Assembly (NCBI GenBank): GCA_000004985.1
Contig: GG738894.1
Length of the DNA: 64,000 bases
From: Naegleria gruberi
Lineage: Eukaryota
Strand: one strand, 5' to 3'
Shown: piece by piece, positions 59,765-64,000 of the stretch
Layout of the letters: every line of letters begins with the position of its first letter
Position numbering within the stretch: position 1 is the stretch's first letter
The notes under the pieces: model-generated
Told to the model about the DNA's origin: nothing
The model's database searches: none
Seen by the model: the letters and a program-made list of their open reading frames with translations, nothing else
Program-made: the position numbers and the translations under genes

Positions 59765-62128
59765 TTATCTATACAAATTATACTGAGACAAGACATCTCT
59801 CATTTGTTGCTGTTGCTTCTTTGAAATGTGTTTGACAGAGGTCTTGTGCTTGTGTCCTCGTGAACCATTACCATGACCTCCTCTACTTTCCTTATGTTGA
59901 GCCTTTTCTTTTCTTTCAAGGGAGACTGTTTGCTTTAGTGCTTCCTCAATGAGATTTCTACAAATTTCTTGATACTCGAAAGAACGTTCTCTTTCCTTGA
60001 ATGGTTCCAATCTGTACGACAGCCAAGAGTAGACATTCAAACACTTGTACATTACTTCAAGTTCCTTCAATTTGATTAAAGTATTGATTGGCTTCATTGT
60101 ATTTGGATTTGGTAACAGGAGTGGCACATCCTTTCCTTCAGAGTACAACTTGGCCCACTTGAATGCCATATCCTTACACAGAGATTCATCTGGATCTATT
60201 GGTGACTTGACAAATATCATTCTCTCTGCAGTTGTCAAATTTTCAATTGGGTGAATGATATTGGCAATATCTTTCTTTTCCTCAATTTCACACATAAAGT
60301 ATTTACCCTTATTGACCTGAGTAATTTCATAGAACTTGGCAAGAATGGTACTCAATCTAACTCGGTGATTTTCATTATCAAATTGTCGGGAGAAGTGATC
60401 AATTTGTTCATCAGTTGGGAATAGGCCAGCTCTCAAAGCCTCTTCCTCCAAAGTTGGATCGTATGAAAATGCTTGATGAATAACCTTACAATCTCCATTA
60501 CGGAAAGAAGTAACTTCACCCTCCTCGAATGCACTGTTAAATCTACCAGCTCTACCTCCAATTTGTTTGATTTCGTGTGGTGTGAGGGTTCTCACTTCCT
60601 TACCATCAAACTTTTCAGTGGCACTAAAGATAACACGTCTAATATTCAAATTCAAACCCATTCCAATAGCATCGGTAGCAACGAGAACATCATATGGAGA
60701 TCTTTCATGATTAAACAAGGCAGCTTGAATAATTCTGGTTTGAGGTGGTAATCCTCCATAGACAACACAAACTCTCAAATTGGTTGATTTTTCAATTTCA
60801 TTCTTCATTCTAAAAACTTCCTTTCTCGAGAAACAAACAATACAATCACCCTTTTCCAAATCATTGAATGATTTAAGTGTTGCTTGTTTGGTAATGTTCA
60901 ACTTGGTCAATCTGTTATATTCCTTAACTTCCAATTCATCACCAGTATCTTGACACAATTTTTCAATTAATTTCAAAACTCTACCTTCACCACAGAGGTG
61001 AACTTCATTGGCTCTAACACCCAAGAGAGCCTTCGTCCATGACCAACCTCTATCTGGATCAGTAATGAGCTGAATTTCATCAATGACAGCAACATCAATC
61101 TCCGAACTAATGTCTGCCATTTCTGTGGTTGAGCAAGTGTGAGTAGCATTTTCAACTTCAATCTTAAAGTCACCTGTTATGAGTTGGCAGGTTGACAGAG
61201 GATTATCTCCTGAAGTCAATTTGACATAGGCCTCTGTAGCGAGCAATCTCAATGGTGCACAATAAATACCAGTCTTGGCATTTCTCAATGCTTGGAATGC
61301 ACTATATGTCTTACCACTGTTTGTTGGACCAATGTGGAATATGATTTTTCTCTTCTTGAGACGAGTCAAAGGGTACAATTGATGAGGTTCAGTCAAATCA
61401 GCAATTTTAAGAATTCGCTCCTCCTCAATCTGATCTTCTAAATCTTTGAGATACAAGCTCCACATTAAATCTTCTGCTTTCCCATCTCTTTGAGCCATCT
61501 TGAAGGCCTTTTTAATCTTGGTTCTCATATCATTATTCGTCTCGAAAGTATGTAAAAAGTTATATCTGAAAGATGAAATTGTAGATTCCCAATCTTCTTC
61601 ATCCTCAATACCTAGTGTCTTTGCAGATTCAATTCTCTCAGAATTTCGTGACATGTTTGCAATCACTTGATCTAAAAACTCCAAATTAATGAGTCCTCTC
61701 TCAACAGTTTCCAGAGAATAATGTGATGGTTCTTTAAAATCGAGTAAATCAGTAATTTCCTCATTTCTTTCTTTCACTTTTTTAGTTGCCTTGTTTGGAT
61801 TAAAACTAATTGAAAATTTGTTATTCATCATTTCATTCGAAATGCAATTATTATTCACGAGAAGTAACTTTTTACTACTCCTCATTCCTACAAGACTCTT
61901 TCCTCCATTAATATTATTATTAGTACTTTTAGAATTTTCAAATAATTGTCCCTTTTGCATCATCTTTGAACAAGTCATCTTTCCATATGAATTACTATTA
62001 TTATTATTGCCATGCACACCACAACCAACCAAAGCATTAGCAGCACTAACCCGAATCTTTCCGTTGCTTATGCTGTTGTTGTTCATTGTCGACAATAGCG
62101 GTTTGATTAAAAGCCATTGTTTGAACAT
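59765..62128 (-). CDS. SUV3: ATP-dependent RNA helicase SUV3 (SUPV3L1), mitochondrial degradosome helicase
   Basis: 787 aa. N/S-rich presequence, helicase motif I IFHIGPTNSGKTYSAFQ, DEIQ and other SUV3-specific blocks (YCAPLRLLATE; VCVVYGGLPPQTR; LVATDAIGMGLNLNIRRVIF; QIGGRAGRF). Confidence 0.9.
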   Translation of the reverse strand: MFKQWLLIKPLLSTMNNNSISNGKIRVSAANALVGCGVHGNNNNSNSYGKMTCSKMMQKGQLFENSKSTNNNINGGKSLVGMRSSKKLLLVNNNCISNEMMNNKFSISFNPNKATKKVKERNEEITDLLDFKEPSHYSLETVERGLINLEFLDQVIANMSRNSERIESAKTLGIEDEEDWESTISSFRYNFLHTFETNNDMRTKIKKAFKMAQRDGKAEDLMWSLYLKDLEDQIEEERILKIADLTEPHQLYPLTRLKKRKIIFHIGPTNSGKTYSAFQALRNAKTGIYCAPLRLLATEAYVKLTSGDNPLSTCQLITGDFKIEVENATHTCSTTEMADISSEIDVAVIDEIQLITDPDRGWSWTKALLGVRANEVHLCGEGRVLKLIEKLCQDTGDELEVKEYNRLTKLNITKQATLKSFNDLEKGDCIVCFSRKEVFRMKNEIEKSTNLRVCVVYGGLPPQTRIIQAALFNHERSPYDVLVATDAIGMGLNLNIRRVIFSATEKFDGKEVRTLTPHEIKQIGGRAGRFNSAFEEGEVTSFRNGDCKVIHQAFSYDPTLEEEALRAGLFPTDEQIDHFSRQFDNENHRVRLSTILAKFYEITQVNKGKYFMCEIEEKKDIANIIHPIENLTTAERMIFVKSPIDPDESLCKDMAFKWAKLYSEGKDVPLLLPNPNTMKPINTLIKLKELEVMYKCLNVYSWLSYRLEPFKERERSFEYQEICRNLIEEALKQTVSLERKEKAQHKESRGGHGNGSRGHKHKTSVKHISKKQQQQMRDVLSQYNLYR

Positions 62129-62864
62129 TTTTTTGATTTTGATTTGAAGAAATCGAAAAGATTGGTGAAAATTGTTTCAATCGTGAATTGAATGAAATAT
62201 TTACATCAAGTCTTGATGATAGAAATTGGATAAGGAATTGATAAGGGTAATCATTAGTGTGTGTGATGGATTGAAAGAAACCTTCCTTGGAAAGCAAAAA
62301 TAGATTCTCAAAGAATTAGTATTCGAGAAAATAATTACACTTCATTCTACAACAATAACAGCAACATTATCTTCCAGTTGTACAACTTTAAAGCAGATCA
62401 TTGCAAAGGCCTTCATTGTTGTCAAACAATAACTTCATCAATTGGAGTAATCCACGTTGTGCTGGAAAAAAATAAGCTTTTCTAAAAATTGTGGAAAGAG
62501 AGAAAAAGCCTTCGCTGTTGTAAGATCACCTGCCACTGCTACATAGCTTCATCATTTGTTTGCAAAGTAGAAGGCTCTCTTGTCAAGAATAACATAGTAG
62601 TTGTGTTTCTAGATTGGATAATTTTTTGATAAAACAAAAGGAGGAACACATTCTCAAGGGGTTGTTGTTGAATACAATTGGAACACTATTCTTTACGAGA
62701 CAATTCTACTATAATTTTTGTAATTAGGAAGACTAGAATACTTTGTTTTACTCACTTGCTTTTTGTATTATAGTAGCATTTGGACAGGAATTAAATTTTG
62801 GAGTGAACATCCTTCTTCTTCTTCAGTTAACTACATCATCACTGCTGAAGAACCATCTTCTTGA

Positions 62865-64000
62865 ATGGAAATGAATGGAAAGAATTCTTCTTCTTCCTCT
62901 TCTAATGGGTCTTCTCTTTCATCTAAAACCCACTGTAAACATTTTCAGAAATTACTTGTTGAACAACCTGCAAATCCAACCTCAGCCTATGATGAGTATG
63001 GTGAATTGAGTATGGATAATAGCCTGGCAACGTATTTAAATTCTTCCCGTACTAGTTCGACTTTATCACAACTTTCGAGATGCAACTGTTGCACCAATCA
63101 CTTCTCATTGAAGGATGAGAATGTCATGTGCACTGCTTGTTTTCACATATTCACACTTCACACCTTCAGTGAAGGCAAACAAGAAAGAGAGAGCACTTCT
63201 TGCCCTCAATGTAAAAATGATATCACCTTCCACCTCACTTATAAGGAGTTCTTTTGTTTGGAGTGTTTTGATTTTGTAACTCTGGAACATGACTCTTTGA
63301 AATACGTTCTTCTTCCCTCACTCTTTTCCTCATCCATCATGAACAATTCATCGGATAAGCAGAGTGAAAAGAAGAGAAAAATTTCCCACAATACTAGTAG
63401 GGAAACTACCGAGAAAACAAATAAGGATTTTAATTTGGAATCATCCATCAAGACAATGCTCAAGAGTTCTGTAAATACACGAGAAAACTCATTATTGGGC
63501 CTTAGAGGAATGGTAAATTTAGGAAACACTTGTTTCATGAACTGTATATTACAAACACTTTCACATATTATTCCATTGAGAAATTACTTCCTCTCTGGAA
63601 CAACAGTTTTGAAAATAGAATCAGAAATTGAGAATAATCCCGAATACAGCTCAGAATATGATCTGAAAACCTACCTGTCCATAAGTAAGGCTGTCAGGAA
63701 TATGTACACTGAAATGTATAACCCATCCAATAGCACGACAGCTATCAAGAGCAAAAAGAGATCGAGTAATGGTAAGAGAAAATCAGATGGAGATGAAGTA
63801 ATCGAGGAAACTGTCTTTCCATTCGTTCCAGATCAATTTCTCTATCTCATTTGGAATGCTGCAGGAAATTTGGCTGGCTATCAACAACAGGATGCTCACG
63901 AATTTTATATCACTCTCCTCTCCTTCCTCATGCCTGTAAAATTACCAAATAATCAGAGTAATACCATTCAGGAATTATTTACTGGTCAAGTTCAATCAGA
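62865..64000 (+). CDS. USP22/UBP8-like ubiquitin C-terminal hydrolase with an N-terminal UBP-type zinc finger (partial; continues past the window end)
   Basis: The frame is open from the ATG at 62865 to the end of the window. The ORF track omits it because no stop falls within the window. It has a Cys/His-rich ZnF-UBP (CNCCTNH...CTACFHIF...CPQCKND...CLECFDF), then the Cys box GLRGMVNLGNTCFMNCILQTLSHI and the QQDAHEFYITLLSFL box. Confidence 0.7.
   Translation, partial: MEMNGKNSSSSSSNGSSLSSKTHCKHFQKLLVEQPANPTSAYDEYGELSMDNSLATYLNSSRTSSTLSQLSRCNCCTNHFSLKDENVMCTACFHIFTLHTFSEGKQERESTSCPQCKNDITFHLTYKEFFCLECFDFVTLEHDSLKYVLLPSLFSSSIMNNSSDKQSEKKRKISHNTSRETTEKTNKDFNLESSIKTMLKSSVNTRENSLLGLRGMVNLGNTCFMNCILQTLSHIIPLRNYFLSGTTVLKIESEIENNPEYSSEYDLKTYLSISKAVRNMYTEMYNPSNSTTAIKSKKRSSNGKRKSDGDEVIEETVFPFVPDQFLYLIWNAAGNLAGYQQQDAHEFYITLLSFLMPVKLPNNQSNTIQELFTGQVQS

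Overview
This window looks like eukaryotic nuclear DNA from an AT-rich protist genome (about 65-68% AT). It uses the standard genetic code and is gene-dense on both strands: about 30 protein-coding genes, roughly one per 2 kb. Many genes carry short spliceosomal introns of 38-112 bp, mostly with GTAAGT, GTATGT or GTAGGT donors and YAG acceptors. There are no prokaryotic operon, CRISPR or mobile-element signatures.

Housekeeping genes recognised from the translations: 40S ribosomal protein SA (uS2), 60S ribosomal protein L39, adenylosuccinate lyase, the mitochondrial RNA helicase SUV3, the vesicle-fusing ATPase NSF/Sec18, an ETHE1-type persulfide dioxygenase, pirin, a cathepsin-L-type cysteine protease, a TGS1-like cap hypermethylase and an amino-acid (AAAP) transporter.

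Lineage-typical genes:
- Two paralogous multi-pass-membrane + PAS + class III adenylate/guanylate cyclase genes of about 1600-1700 aa each.
- A third, divergent cyclase-homology-domain protein.
- A DOMON + ferric-reductase (NOX-type) protein.
- A BTB/BACK protein spliced to a TLDc domain.
- An F-box protein.
- A Rab-like pseudo-GTPase.
- A Pecanex-like giant membrane protein.
- Two deubiquitinases: one USP7-like (no MATH domain) and one USP22/UBP8-like that runs off the 3' end of the window.
- A bacterial-type DUF1348 gene.

The cyclase expansion, short introns and AT content suggest a Naegleria-like heterolobosean; this is tentative. Other structure includes a conserved element of about 130 bp present twice (once as the 5' leader of the F-box gene), a composite dispersed repeat in the gene-poor first 2.9 kb next to a G-quadruplex motif, GTT/N-Q microsatellites, and several loci where the frames point to fusions, pseudogenisation or unresolved splicing.

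All splice coordinates were derived by hand. Reading frames were checked against the ORF track, but exon boundaries may be off by a few nucleotides.
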